NCBI RefSeq assembly: GCF_036321535.1
Contig: NC_087472.1
Coordinates: forward strand, 97,094,001 to 97,158,000
Direction: 5' to 3'
Origin: Camelus dromedarius
Taxonomy: Eukaryota
Length of the DNA: 64,000 nt
Positions within the stretch are counted from its first letter, which is position 1. Each line of letters begins with the position of its first letter. The notes below the pieces were generated by a model that did no database searches, was not told the DNA's origin, and saw only the letters and a program-made list of their open reading frames with translations. The translations under genes and the position numbers were made by a program. Below, piece after piece: positions 40,991 through 54,900 of the stretch.

Positions 40991-41021
40991 TGAGCGTCCG
41001 GAGGACCAAGCAAGAACTCAG

Positions 41022-41023
<2 letters not shown>

Positions 41024-41066
<43 letters not shown>

Positions 41067-41071
41067 CGTGC

Positions 41072-41102
<31 letters not shown>

Positions 41103-41108
41103 CGCGCA
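41024..41108. repeat. Compound (GT)n/(GC)/(GCGT)n microsatellite
   Basis: 85 nt of unbroken purine-pyrimidine alternation. Confidence 0.97.
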
Positions 41109-42244
41109 GGCTTAGGCAGGGCTATCTGTTCCCTTGGCTGGGGTGCAGGACTACATGCAGTACCAGTAGTGGCCTCAAGGGGGAACCAAAGAGAAGGACA
41201 CGCCACTGGGCCCCACGCAGAGCTCATTTCAGGACTCTTGTGGTCACTCCTCGCCACCATTGTGGCTTCTATACTGCTCCTCTGAATCCAGATCCTCACC
41301 CTGCCCCTCAGATGTTGGCTTTCTCTTCGATTCTGTCATTGGCCCCCTTCTTTTCTCACTCTGCCCACACCTGGAGAGAAGTCAGAAAACTGACATTGGC
41401 AGGGCCTGACTCCTGCCAGGCCTAGAAACTGTGCCAACCATGAGCTCCCTCTGGGTAGGGTTCAGAGTTGCCAAGTCTCACATCCCAGCCAGACAGAGAG
41501 GAGGAAAATAACAGGGACTTGAGTGCCCCATGTTCGATGCCAGCCCAGTCAGCATGAAGCCAGACTGCAGTCACCCTGGGATAAAATATCTGTTCTCTGA
41601 AGACAAGTTTGATTCTGTACTTCTGCAGTTTCTACCTTTCCCTTTAGTGTCTTGGTAAACTTTTCCAGAAACCCCACGCTTGTCATCTCAGAACAAAAAG
41701 AAAAGGGGAATTGCCCATTGAGACCCTCTCCCTTACATCTTGGGCCAGGAATGGGAGAAGCCAAACTGTCCTAACCTGTGAGTCTAGTAAGGGTAGAGTG
41801 GTTAGTGAGGTAAATACCTTGGAGAGGGTAGCCAAGGACAAGTGTGATTTCAACCGTCCTCTCACAAGGGCATTCGTTTAGAAGTGATTCTCAAGCAAGG
41901 TTGCTGGTGAGATTGGGAATTGAGAATTTCTGGTGAAGCTGAAATGTGATGGTTTAAAACAAAGCAGCACTTTGCCCTATTGAGTGGTTTTTAATCACAG
42001 TGTTTAATTTGTTTTGCATTGCAGAGAGCATTAAAGGTGGTCATGAATGTTTATTAAAAGGTAGCATGGCCCACAAAAGCTGAGAAACCCTGCTGGGGAC
42101 AATGACACAGAACAGAGTGGGGCGTGATGTGGAGACAAGTAAGACATACTTATCTATGTTGCAAAGTTACCTAAGACAAAAACTTCTTTGCAGTATCAGT
42201 GAGAGGATTTGGCCACTTTAATGCACAATGTGTGGTGGGAGCTA

Positions 42245-42780
42245 AGCTTTGGAAGTCTGGCTAAGCCTGTGAACTCCCTCTCAGAAAATATTTTTAAATG
42301 CATAAAATAAAACACATAGGGTAACAAAGGAAATCAATTATATTGAAGTACAGCTGTTAAAATACTAAATACTAAAACAAAATACTAAACACTAATACAA
42401 AATGCTAAATTCTAATACAAAACACTAAGAAAACACAGATTTGTGCTAGAGTAATCTGTGTGCTGCTTTATTAACGTGTCAAATAACAAGATCTAGCAAC
42501 AGGTCTAATAATTACTGTGATGTTGAAGCAGTGATGAGTGTTCCCAGTATTTTGAGCTCCACAACAATCGAAATGTGATAAAACAACAACCTTGAGTTTT
42601 ATTGGTGATAAAGCCACAGGCACTGGTAGTACAGTTGAGGCTTCTTGCCCATGCTGAGTTGAAGGAAATGCCAAATTTCAGTTAAAGATTGAAAACCAAA
42701 AGGTAAAAAATTTCCCATTCAAGTCATGGACCCCCTGAAATCTACCCGGAGATCTTCTGGAGGTCCACAGGTTTAGAAAT
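42245..42780. mobile_element. hAT-Charlie-like DNA transposon remnant with an internal tandem repeat
   Basis: cataaaataaaacacatagggtaacaaaggaaatcaattatattgaa...ttgaaggaaatgccaaatttcagtta...catggacccc resembles a eutherian hAT family. Subfamily uncertain. Confidence 0.55.
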
Positions 42781-43559
42781 GTGGAGCACAAAGATGAGAA
42801 AGAGGGGACTACACAGCAGCAGGTTAATGTTGCAATCAAGGCGGGCAGGAAGAAGCCCAGACACTAACCATGGGGGCAGCTCCATCATTTGTCCCAGGCA
42901 GTATCTATCCTTTCGTGAACAGCCTGGAGCAGAAGCTGCATTCCATTTTCTGGATCTGTTTGACCCTTAGATAACGCCAAGTCCAGGAAATGGTGCTGTT
43001 AATTTTTTATTGACAGTGGACTTGGTTATCTTGCCGGAGATGAATGGATTTGGAATCCGGTCCAAGCCTGGGAGGGTTTCTGGTGACAGTTTGCTCCCAG
43101 CCTTCCTGCCCTGACTGAATCTGATGAGTGTTCATGCAGTGTCAGCCAGTGTAATGTTTATTTGCCTCCTCGCCGAATGTGCTAAATGCAAATGAAAAGC
43201 CAACATCAGACCAAAGAGAAAGGTGCAAGAAAAAAATTTGGCTTGAGGTCGTCCCTCTTTCTGAACATGGCACTGGGAGTCTAATTGCTAACACACATTG
43301 AGTCCTCTGTCAGAGGTCACCTCAAGACTCTTGTTAATCATTCTTCTCATTTTGCAAATGGAGCACTAGGACTGGCAAGGAGTTCAAGGCTGACGAGCAT
43401 GTCAGAGTGTGATGAACAGAAATTTCCAACCAAAGAATCACAATCCTTCTGGCCAGGGACACAGTTAACTACACTTCTAAAGGCCTGGCCACCAGTAAGC
43501 AAGTCGTTATTGAATGCCTGGCACATGGCCAGCAAGGTGGGGATGGGGGCCTCTTGAGC

Positions 43560-44095
43560 TCCGATGGCTGGACGAGGCTTCTCTGAAGAGGTGACAGTGG
43601 AGTTAAGAGCTCAATGAGGAGAAGCAGGCAGTTGTGCAACGGTCTGGGTAAAAGCACTCCAGAGGGAAGAAATGGTATGTGGCACACCCCAAGAGGGCAG
43701 CAGGTGTTGAGGGACAGGTGGAAGGCCAGTGTGAGTGAGAGAGAGCATCGCAGTGGGTGGAGCCAGAGACATAGGTGGGTCCAGAGCTGGGAGGGCCCTT
43801 AGGTCATGGCGAGGAGTCAGGATTGTGGTCTGATTGAAGTGGGCAGCCCCTGGAGGGTTCTAAGTGGAGCAGCCTGCTTGGCCAGCGCCACAGGTCTCTG
43901 GCTACCAAGTGAGGACAGCAGATGCAGACTCCTGGTGCAGAGTTGTGATGACTTGGACTAGGGTCGTAGCTATGCAGATGGTGACAAGTGGCCAGATCCT
44001 GGAGATATTTCAAAAGCATGGATAATAGGACTTAAGTGATGAATTCCATAAGAGGTATGGGAGGAAGAGCGGTGTTGGGGATGACTCCTCAGTGA
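43560..44095. mobile_element. L2 LINE remnant
   Basis: ggcttctctgaagaggtgacagtggagttaagagctcaatgagg...ggccagatcctggagatatttcaaaag. Confidence 0.6.
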
Positions 44096-46119
44096 CCTGG
44101 GGAGAAGTTTCTGAGTGAGGGAAGGCTACCTCAAGGTCGGCCATACTGGCAGCACTGTCCGTGGGGAAAATGGTAAATTATGTAGTTTGTCTTGTGCCCT
44201 CTCATGCTTTCCCCCACCCCGTGATCCTTCTCAATGCCCCAATCTTCTCAGACTCTTAATTTCCTTCTTGGCTTCTCAAGAGTTGCAACCGCACACCTCT
44301 TTCTTAGAAAGCAGTGTGGGTGGAGTAGATAGAGGGGAGGGTTTGGAACACAAGGGGACTAGAGCTTGAATCCTGCCCCTCCCCCACCCCCATTTACTTA
44401 TTGTGTGACCTGGGCAACTTGCTTCTGTTGTGTGATCTCGGTTGTTTGTCATCTATGAAGTGGGATGTAATAAGTTGTGTCATCAGAAGTTTTTTTGGTA
44501 CTGAATAACACAACGGATGAAAAATGCCCAGCTGAAAGCAGGCTCTCAGCAAACTCATCCTAACTTCAAGTTCCCAGTTTTAAAGCTGGGGAGCTTTAAA
44601 AAGTACTCAGGCTCATGCCCCACCTCTTAGGGGTTTTGATTTGATTGATTGAAAGATGTTAAAGAATCATTATTTTTAAGAGCTCCCCCAGGTATTTATA
44701 ATGAGCAGCTAGGTTCGAGATCCCCTGTTAAATTAATGGACAGTCTTAATTTAATTAATGACCATCAAGTAGGTACTAGCATTTCTAGAAATATGTTGAG
44801 AGCTGTAAAGATTTACCCCAAGCTGGAGTTTTCACTTGAGGAACTGAGGGCTTTTCTATTAAAAGAAAAGAGTCCTTCAATAGCTAATATTTATTGCATA
44901 CTTACTATGTGTCAGTGTTCTGAATTCCCTTTCTCTCTCTCTCTCTCTCCCCCCCATCTCTGTCTGTCTGTCTGTCTTTCCCACTTTCTTTCTCTCTCAT
45001 CTACCTGCTTCAGTACTGGGACAGACATTGGCAAGGACCCCTTCCTAGGCCCTGAATTCCTCTATGTGGAACTCCCATTTAAGACCTTTTCAGTGGCTTC
45101 TTACAGTGCTTAGGTTGAGGAGCAAAACTTGAACAAGGTTGCTGTCTCTCTGTCTCTGTCTCTCTCCCCTCACACCCTCTCTCTTTCTCTCCCTCACCTT
45201 AGCTAAGGGCCTTCTTTCTGTTCCTTGAAGATGCCACCTTCCCTGCCCCCTGAGGGCCTTCACACATGCTGCTTCCTCCAGCTTGCTCCCTTTACATTCC
45301 CTCTGCTCTGAAATTCTGGCTCCTGATGCTTAGATGCACGTTTTGTAGGTATCTACCTGTCTGCCTGCTTGTGGAGTGTCTGTCTTCCACATTCTGCTGT
45401 AAGCTCCACAAAGGTGGGGGCATGTCTCTTTTGCTCACCGTTGACTCCTCAGTGCCTAGCCCAGCACGGTCATATGTGCTGAGTAAATGCAGCAGTGAAT
45501 ACATCGTCCCTCAGTGTTAGACTCAATCAGGAGTGGACTGTGGGTGGAGACAGATTCCAGCGCCAGCCTCCCAGAGGACTCCAAGGGACCGTGCTCTCCC
45601 AACGTGAGTCCTTGGTGCTAAATCCAGTCAAGTGGTCACTCTTGGCCACACTCATGGCCTCAGTGCACTTTTCTGTTATCTGGTCTTGGTCGAGGCCATG
45701 AAGTGGTTTTAATAATGTTGAGCCCCATGCAAAAAGGTTTGGAATCTTAAACTGTTCTTTCCAAGAGACTCCTCTGCTTCTCTGTTAATTCCTGGCTGTG
45801 AATTGATCCATGTGCTGACTATTTATCCGGCAGTATTACCAATGTCTGTGCAAGGGGGCTTGATTCCATTCCACTGGCCCAAGGTGTTTCCTTATCAAAA
45901 TGCTTCACTGGCCTAAGGGTCAAAAGCGAGATTATACTACTAGTAATATAGAGTATGATTTTGATGCCTGTCTACACCTCCTATGGGGGAATGTGTGGTG
46001 TATTTAGAAAACAAAGCTCCAAAGTCATTTTTATTCCCCCATCCCCAAATATGAGACCTTTCATTTTTCAAGTTTGTGGTGCTGAAAACCCCATGCATAT
46101 CACTGACAACATCTGCTGA

Positions 46120-46420
46120 AGTGCTTTTAGCCTGGGGTCCCTCATAAGCAAACTTCCAGATAAGATATGGATGCAAATGGTTTATTTGGGAGCGATCCCA
46201 GAAAGCGCTGGTAGGAAAGGGGTGAAGTGAGACAGGGAAGGGAAGGAAGCCAATACAGAGACATGTTAGTGACAGCCTTACTGTTGTGAGTGACTGACCG
46301 TCGGTTCTGCTGCGGGCCTCAGGAGGACCGTGTACAATGTGCCTCAGAGTTGTTCCATCTAAGGGATGAGGAAGTGGGGCTGTGTATCCACCCACTCTCA
46401 CCCTTCACTGGTTGACAGCC
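46120..46420 (-). mobile_element. ERVL solo LTR (LTR16-like), reverse orientation
   Basis: atggtttatttgggagcgatcccagaaagcgctggtagg...gtgagacagggaagggaaggaagccaata is the reverse complement of motifs in the other LTR16-like copies. Confidence 0.7.
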
Positions 46421-48564
46421 CCTGGGGGTGGTGTTAACCTCTGGCCCTTCTGGCCTTCCCGGTGTCTGGACAGAGCGTGCTCCTGTGGCTCGAGAGGCCT
46501 TTCAGGCAGGGGGTCCACAGGGGGGCCTTGAAAGCCACAGGCACGTAAGAGAATGGTGGGTGGCCAGAGGACTTGGGCACGGTGCCAAGAGCTTCTGCCG
46601 TAGCTGCTCTACCAGGGAGCTCTGTGTGTGCCATGTTGCTCGGAGTGGCAAAAATAAAAGTTAAAACATTTTGCTGGAGGCTTATAAGATTCAAACTGAT
46701 GATAATTAAGGCAGATATACAGGACATAGAGAGTAGATGTTCAGGAGGTACCCGTATCTTCAGCAAATACAAACAAGTAAACAAATCAAGAAAACTTTCT
46801 CCCAAATGCAAACTGGTACGTTTTACCTGTCAGCACCAGCCCCCTTCCCATTCTATAGATGAACTTGATTTTTTGCGGGGGTTGGGGCCAGATTGAGGAA
46901 ATATCAAAGAGATCACAAAACAATTGTCAGAAAAATGTTCATCCTTACCTTGATATGCTTTCCATACAACTTTCCAGCAATTAACAGGGAAACTATGGGT
47001 GGATTTAAACTGACATATTTATCAAAAAATTTTTTTCTGCCTGTTTGATACAAGTTTAAGAGCTGTTACACTGAATGTAAGTTGTCCTATAAGTTAGTGT
47101 TTATGATACTAGCCTGAGTCAAAACGCATATAATGATGAAGAATTGAGAAGAACTGTGATAAATAATGGGCAAAAATATTGATATGCAGAGCTGTCACTG
47201 TGCGAAGGTGTCCTGTGTAGAGGAGGCTAGGTGGGGGTATAGACTAGAGTTTAAGGTGAGCCAGCAGCTGGCCTACGAGATTGGCAGAAACAGTAGAACT
47301 ATTGTGAAACATTTGTCTTATATCCTTCGTTTCCTTTATAGAATTTCATGTGTTTTTCCCCCACTGAAAGGTAAACTAAAACAGGGGCTATTAACTCAAA
47401 ACATTGTTTATCAGGGGAAGGCCTTATTCTGCCACACAAACGTCAACTGGAAGTGTAAGAAAAAAAAACATTTATTTTGGCTGGCTTGTATTTTGCTTTG
47501 GGTTTGACTGAAAACCATTAGCATTTATTCCCAGCTCCCCCCACTACCTCTAAATCACTGAGCCAAAGGCTGGTTTCATTTTCTTCAGGTCATATTAGCT
47601 CTGGGCATGAGGGGCTCCGTGATGCTCAAAAAGGGAAGCTAAAAGCTTTCAGTCAACATCTGCCTGAGCTCCGTTTTAAAGTGTTCAGCTCGATTCATTG
47701 CATTAATAATTTGTCGAGGTGGTCTTTTGAAAACCAAAGTTATTTATTTAGGGAATCATCTTCTTACATTTCTTGAAATATTTGTTGCTTAATATTTAAT
47801 CAAAATATAACATAACCCAAACACTAGAGAAATAAAGATACCCTACAGATATGACAACATAATTATGGCATTCATGTGTAAAAACCAATATTAAAGAGTT
47901 TCCAGTTTTCTAAATGATTTTTTAAGCTTGAATTCATTTCTGGGCTATGATTCTTCTGGAATGAAAGATGTTCAGTCCAGTTTGAAAGTACAGTTACTGA
48001 TGAGGTTGTTAAATATCAAGGGTTGGGAACCTTTTTCTAAGCCTTAGTATAAGGTTCTGTTTACCTTTTTCCTTTGGGGGGTTGACTGTGTCCTCATGCC
48101 AGAGTATAGGCACAATTACATGTGTGGTCTAATTCTTGTGAGGGTTGGTACCTCGTAGGCCCCTCCCATGACTGGCTGGTGAGGGCAGGCTTTGAAAGGA
48201 GTAATGACAGAGGTGTAGTCCTACCTGGTCTAGCATCGTCCAAATCCCCACTATTGACTCCTGTGCAATAGGTGGATTTCCCTATGGGGTTAATGGATAA
48301 AAGGGCTTCTTGAAGACTCCCATAGATCTCTTCCATAGGAGCTACCTTTAGATGGACACAGTATGCCCTTGTGAAATGGCCCAGAAGCCCACATGACAGT
48401 TGAAGGAGGAAGAAAAGCAGAAAGAATAATGGTGGGGAATGGTGATATTATCAGAATCACCTCTACAGCTTCTAAAAATAACATATTGATCCTTTCCCCA
48501 ATCCCTCACTAGCGCTGGAAAAATCCACTTTCTTCCTTCATTGACAGGCCCTGCTTGGTGAGAA

Positions 48565-49190
48565 TATCAATCAGGATCTAGTTGAGAAAAGAGAAACTAC
48601 ACTAGGAATTTAAATGGAAGGGATTTAATACAGGAATTGGTTCTGCGGGTGTTGGAAGGCTCCCAAGCAAAAGGAGAAGCCTAGCAAGGCCCTAGATGAA
48701 CAGCTGCAGGAAGCAGTCACCACCCTGGGCTGGGAGGATGAGAGGGAGACGGGGTGTTTCAGAACCCAGGAGCTTGGAAAAGGAGCATGTTGGGATTGGT
48801 GCTTGGACCTCTGTGGGGCAGGTGCCCTGCCGCTGGTGCTGGAGCCAACGATGGGGTGATCCCATGCATGCTCTGATGGCCTAGTAGCATGGCCCAGTGA
48901 GTGAGGGAACACAGGTGACTGATCCTCCAGCCACTGCTGGCAGCTCTGAGGGTGCTAGGTGAGGCTGCCGTTGGAATGATGCTGACAGAGACCTGGAAAG
49001 AACTAGGAAGTCCCTCTTCCCCTCCTCCCACATTTCAGTTTTCTCTCGGAGATCCTCCATGTTCAGTCTCCCACTGGTAGAACTGGACAGGAAGGCAGCT
49101 AGTAAGGGAGCTGGGAGAATGTGGTTTGCAGAGTTCTAGCTCAAGTTTCATAGAAAGATGAGCTTAGATCTGAGGGACAATCACAGTAGC
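48565..49190 (-). mobile_element. Old ERVL-type LTR, reverse orientation
   Basis: atcaatcaggatctagttgagaaaagagaaactacactaggaatttaaatggaagggatttaatacaggaattgg, typical of antisense LTR33/LTR41-group ends. Confidence 0.45.
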
Positions 49191-51424
49191 CCTCTGTCAC
49201 CAATAGGAGTGGGCCTTTGTCCTTGACCCTGGTCTGTACTTTCCATTCTTCCCTCTGTCCTGGCCCTGAAGAACTCCCCAGTCTGGTTTGTCATTTGCTT
49301 GGCCCCCCTGGAAGGATGTTGCACAAAATGAAGATATGAGGGCTTTGGTTTCTACTTCATGCCAGCAGTATTTTCTCCACTCTTGCACTTCTGGAGGACC
49401 TGCTGAAGCGTTGGATGTTTAATTGAATGGAATAATATAAATTTGATTTGACTTTAAAATATATCATTAATTTGAACAAGATTCAAGAATATTGAGGCTT
49501 GAGAGAGACAAGGAATGAAAACGAACACATCAGAAAAGTTCAGCTCAAGCAATAGATGGCTGCATCTCCCTCATAATCCCTTATAAAGTACTTTGCTGTT
49601 TACAAGTCAGAACATTCTCATTCTGATTAATTTGAGGGATCTAATAAGGTCTCAAAATTGTCCTGGTTCACTTTTAAATGAACCAGCAAGCTGTAAGGTT
49701 CCCTTTGATCCATGTATGCAAATTAGTCTTTGAGGCTGATGCAGATGACAATGGAATTTTCCAACTGCACAGCAATATATGCTTAATTATACATGGTATT
49801 GTTAGAGACACCCATTTTTCATGGAATTATGAAGGTTTCATAACTTTGGCAAAGTCATTTAATGAAAGCCGTACTGAGATTGCGGCACTGATATTCTAAG
49901 TAACATCTCTAGTCATCAGTGATTGGGCTTTCTGGGGGTTTTAAATTTGTGATAAATACCTCCTTTTATGTCTAAGGGTATGTGCTTTATTAAACGCATT
50001 TTCTACTTGTCTGTGAAAGTTTTTGGCAAGATAAGCTGACTCAGTGGCTGATGTCATCACGTGCCCTCCAGCAATTAGCATGCTTTACTTTAGGAAATAT
50101 TTGGGGAAGGAAGGAAAGAAGTAGAGAAAGTGTTTATAGGAAGAATGATAAATATTTAGGTTGATTATCTGTTTAAACAATTATTTGTGAAGTGCTGGAG
50201 CTGATAAACAAATTCTTTTTTTTTCTTTTGTATCCGGAACTCATTGACTTTCATATTAAGGAAATTGGAACAAATGTCCAAGTAAGATCACACCATGCTC
50301 TACTTTAATTTTTTAGGTTTATGCCCCGAGTTCCCTCAAATTACAGGATTTTTGGAATGTTTACTCCTCTTTTCTTATCTCCTGTCTTGGACACATACAC
50401 TTCTTCAGTATTCTTTTGAATCCTCAAAGACTGTCACTTTTCTGCTGGGCTGGCAAGCATCATGCTTTTTTCCCCCTTTTTAATTAGATTTTCTCAGAAT
50501 GATGGAAACAATGGTGGGATATGATTTGAGGTCAGGGTATCCCTCCATCCACTTCAAATTGTCTCGGCACCACAGATTTTTTTGTATATAAATTAGGCAC
50601 TTCTGAGAACAGGATGAGGTCTTTGAGACCTACAGCTATGCTTAATTATAATACCTTATATTTGCATAATGTTTTAAAGTGCATTGTCTCCTATAAAGCC
50701 TCTTACCTCATTGTATTTTAATTGTATTGTTTAGAGGTCTGTCTCTCTTAATAGAAAGTGAGCTCCTGAAAGGCCAGAACTATATATATTTCTCATGTGG
50801 CAGGCCTGGTACCTGGCATATAATTAGTGCTTTAATAATCATTTGTTGAATATGGGGAACTTTTTCTACTAGTTTTACTCACAGCATTATTGTGAGTATT
50901 AGATGAATCATTAGATGGAAAAACCCTGATCACTGAGCCCTGGTACAGAGAGTGGAGAAAGGCTATTCCATTGGTTCTCTAAATAAATTCAGCTATTTAC
51001 CTGAACAAATATATCATATGAGACTGAATGATACATGCATGACAATAGAAGGGGAGCAGTGGTGAAAGGATTTCAAAATGATGAATAATCCCTCAAAGCA
51101 CTTATTTCTCTTAGAAGTGTAAGATATGTTAGGGTAATAGTTTTACATTCATTATTAAATTTTGATTACAGTTAAAGCAGACTGCAGTGGAGTTTGTGTG
51201 GGTGAATGTTTAATCATCAATTTTTGACTGTAAACTCCAGAAGGCCAGCTTCTGTCATGATCAGCACTGTTTCCTCTGTGCCTAGCACAGTGCCTGGAAT
51301 ACTGTAGGTATCCTGCAGCAGGATTAAGGAAAATGTCTCAGAAGTCCTCAAAAACTCAAGTGGAAGTTTTTAAATCATCGGAGTCTAATGATTGTAACAG
51401 TTTAAAAGCAGTTGTTCTCGAGAC

Positions 51425-51937
51425 ACTTTCAGGAAGACTGCATTAATGGGCCCAGTTCTTCCCTCCTCTCATATCCACGTCCTTTGCCACCTGACTTTGC
51501 GGTTTGTCCCATTGAAGAGGAAGAATCTATTTTCCTACCCCTTGGCTTTGAGTTTGGCCACGTGACTTGTTTTGGTCGATGAAATATTAGCGGGTCAAAG
51601 GCTTGGAGGGCAGACCAAAAGCTTGGAGAGCACTTGAAAATGAGGCTTATCTTCTTGTATCTCTACTGTTGCCATGAGAGGTATACATCTGGCCTCGCTC
51701 TCCAGCCCCAGGAGGAGGATGAGTGACATGTGGAGAAGAGCTGTACCAACACAACCAACCCGGGAACAGGTCAGCCAGTCCACAGCTGAGACTAGCAGAA
51801 TTGCCCAGTGAAGTCCATTCTATATTATCTGCCCCTCAAGCAACACATAGAGTTGTGAGAGTATAATGACTGTTGTTTAAAGTCACTTAATTTGGGGTGT
51901 TTTTTGGCAGTATTTTTGTGGGAATGGCTAACTGATT
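51425..51937 (+). mobile_element. MaLR LTR (MLT1-like)
   Basis: ccccttggctttgagtttggccacgtgacttgttttggtcgatgaaat...tgttgtttaaagtcacttaatttggggtg...ggctaactgat. Confidence 0.7.
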
Positions 51938-54900
51938 TGTTGAAGTAATGAATGCTTAAATGATAGTGCATGGCCAGCTATTCTTAGGTACCTATTTCTT
52001 TTTCTAGCATCACTCCTCAGAATAAACCATCAGGCAATAAAATATGGAAGAAAGTGTCCAGAACTGTGAGTTAGGAGACCCAGGTTTTAACAGTGGCTCT
52101 GCTAACCTTACATGGCTTCACTGAGATAAATCTTAAAGTGAGGATAATTGTAGCAAATACATATCCCGACAATTTCATAGGAAGGGTATGAAGATGAAAA
52201 CAGATGGTAGACTTTGAAAAACTGAATGTCCTCTGCTAATATTATTACTGAGTTTTATCATAATGACCAATATATCTGACCTCATCAGTGAATGAACTAT
52301 TTCACAAAAGAGCATTTTTTCAGAAACTATAAGTTTACATGTGTAAATGCCATTATGTTTATTTTTACTTTTTGTAGCCTTCTTAAACATGGTATTTTGA
52401 CATGATCATTACTTCTTAATGACTTGGGACTGTAATTTTGAATAGCAGTGGTTTTGCCACTTCATCAACTCCATTGTAAAATAATTAGGGGGGGTCTCAG
52501 ATGACCGCTGATAACCTCCAGTATCCTTTCTTGTTCTAATCTTGTTTCTTTATTGTGCTGCCATGCAGCAGAATATCTTTAGGGGCTATTGAAGCATGGA
52601 GGGCTTAGTAGTCCACTCACTGAATGTCCACCCTCACCCAACTGCTCTATGTGAACACTTCCACTTCTTCTGCCTGCTCTGTTGATCTCTTGTTCCTTGC
52701 CACTGGTAGACTTTATTTAGTTCTCAGTGGTTTCTGTATCTAATCCATCGCTTTTTTCTGGAGGTTATCTGGAGGAGACCAAACTATCTGTACATATTTC
52801 TAATATTATTACATTCATAGGTCTTTGGGGTACCTGTGCTGCACAAAAGTCCTTTAAACTAATTTTGGAGTCCCATGGGTTACAACTGGCTGAGGCTGCT
52901 GCAAGTTGGACCTCGGGGTAGATAAGGTTTTCCTGAATTGTTGGCCTCCCATCCACAGCGGTGTGTTAGTGTAGTCTTGAGTGTGTACCCCTTCATCTAG
53001 CTCCCTTCACTACACATTGTTTTATATGCTTTGCAGGGGAAACAAAGGCAACTTTTCAGACACCTAGTTTGCATTCCCTCTGCATGTCTCCTATTCAGCT
53101 TTCAGATGGAGAGCAACATTTTACATCCCGCCTCATGAAAATAAACGTGGACATGTTAATCATGGTTGAACCACTTCTGATGTGTGGTCCAGCAAAAGTT
53201 CTCCCAACATCAGTTATATCACATGGGGTAGTGGGAAGAATACAAATGTACATTCAGATAGACATGGACTCATGTATTGACTTTGCCACCTGTTAGCCAT
53301 TCCATCTTTCCAGCTGTGCAATGATAAACCTCTAAGTTGTAGTTTTTCCCATCTATAAAATGAAGTTAATCATAGTTCCTCCTTTTTGTCCTGTTTTGAG
53401 GTTTAAACAAGGTATATGTAAGGAAGTGTATCACAGTGACTGGCAGATATAAGAATTCAATAAATGTTATCATTATTCATCTTATTATTAGTATTATTAA
53501 TTGTAGAAATTTGTAAGATATGCAACAGCACAAAGAAAACTTAAAAATAACAGAATTCTACCACTTAGAGAACTATTGTTAATATATAGACATATATATA
53601 TTGTGTATGTGTGTGAGGGAGGAGTGTGTTTTTACCTAGCCCATTCTTTGTTATCCTATAAAATGGGCATTTCCCTAAGAAATTCTGATTAGAATTTTGC
53701 ACCTCATTTGGGATTTCCCTGACCTGATTTTGGAGCAAAATATGAACACATTTTTTAAGCAAATATCTTCCCAAGAGACTAGGGGGGAAGGGTTCACAGT
53801 AAAATTACATAGAGCAATTGAAGGCTTCATTTCTTCCAATTATTTAGCTCAAATCAATGATATTTTCTAAACATGTGCTACATGGAATACATATAGCCAT
53901 TTTATGTTTATCCTAGATAAAACATCAAGAGTAAAAATGCTCTAAATTTTGCTTTTGGCAGGGTTGTATGTCCAAAGGTCAGTAATTTTCCTGTGTGGGA
54001 TGGTAGGGACTAGCTGTACGGAATAGTTAGGTTTTTTGATTAGGGACTGCTATCTTTCCCTTGGAGATACCCCACAGATTAGGCAGCCAGAAGTCAAGTT
54101 AAATGCTCCAAAATGTCAAAGCTTCAGTTGACAAAGAAATCATTTTAGAATCCTGGTGTGAAGTGCAAAGTAGACTTTTCCCTGAAATTTTGACTAGAAC
54201 TCACATCTGAAAACAAAAGACGCCAAAGTCCCCTGCGTTTTGAGTCCAGAGAATTGGCAATCTGTAGGAACAGTCACCTCCCCCCTCAGTCTGCCTACTG
54301 TGAGGCATGGTTTCAGCAGAACAGGTACCAACATTCCTCCCCTATTTGCTTGCTTCTCTCTCCATCAAGTAAAAAGTGGCTATAGGATATGAGGCCATCT
54401 TAGGAGGAGATTAGCAATTCATGAAAGGGCAGCCACTCCTTCCCCTCCTCCCCTTCCTGTGGGGCGTTCAGCTTACTCCTGTAAGACGGAAGGTGGCAGG
54501 ACTGCCACAACCTCCTCACTTTGAATCTGACTGTACAATTAGCTCCTGGACCCAGATTACTGAGCTAGCAAGCCAGCAGAGTGTGCCGATACCCTGGGCT
54601 GGTGTTTCTGGGGCATAGGGTAATGGCAAGGCGGAAAGTCAGAACTGAGACGCAGAGTGCCAGGTGCTGCCAGCATTCCCACCCTTCAGCATGACAAGAG
54701 TGTGGAACTTTCCTGTGCCTGAGTGGATACCACAGAAGGTGGCTAGAATGTAAACTCTCTTGTATCCTCCACGAGGGCTGCCAGTTCAGTAAGGAAGTCC
54801 CATCAGCAAGTCACCGTTGGGAAGATACTGGGGAGGGGTGAGGAAGAGGCCAATTCAGCCAGATTTCCACTCTAGGGCACTCAGGGGCAGCCTCCCCTGG

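Noticed and set aside
40837..41425. ORFs with CVCVCV/HTHTHT runs
   Set aside because: Translations of the GT microsatellite.
48100..48480. Possible processed pseudogene or ERV internal remnant next to an LTR
   Set aside because: No recognisable protein motif in any supplied frame. Cannot be supported without a search.
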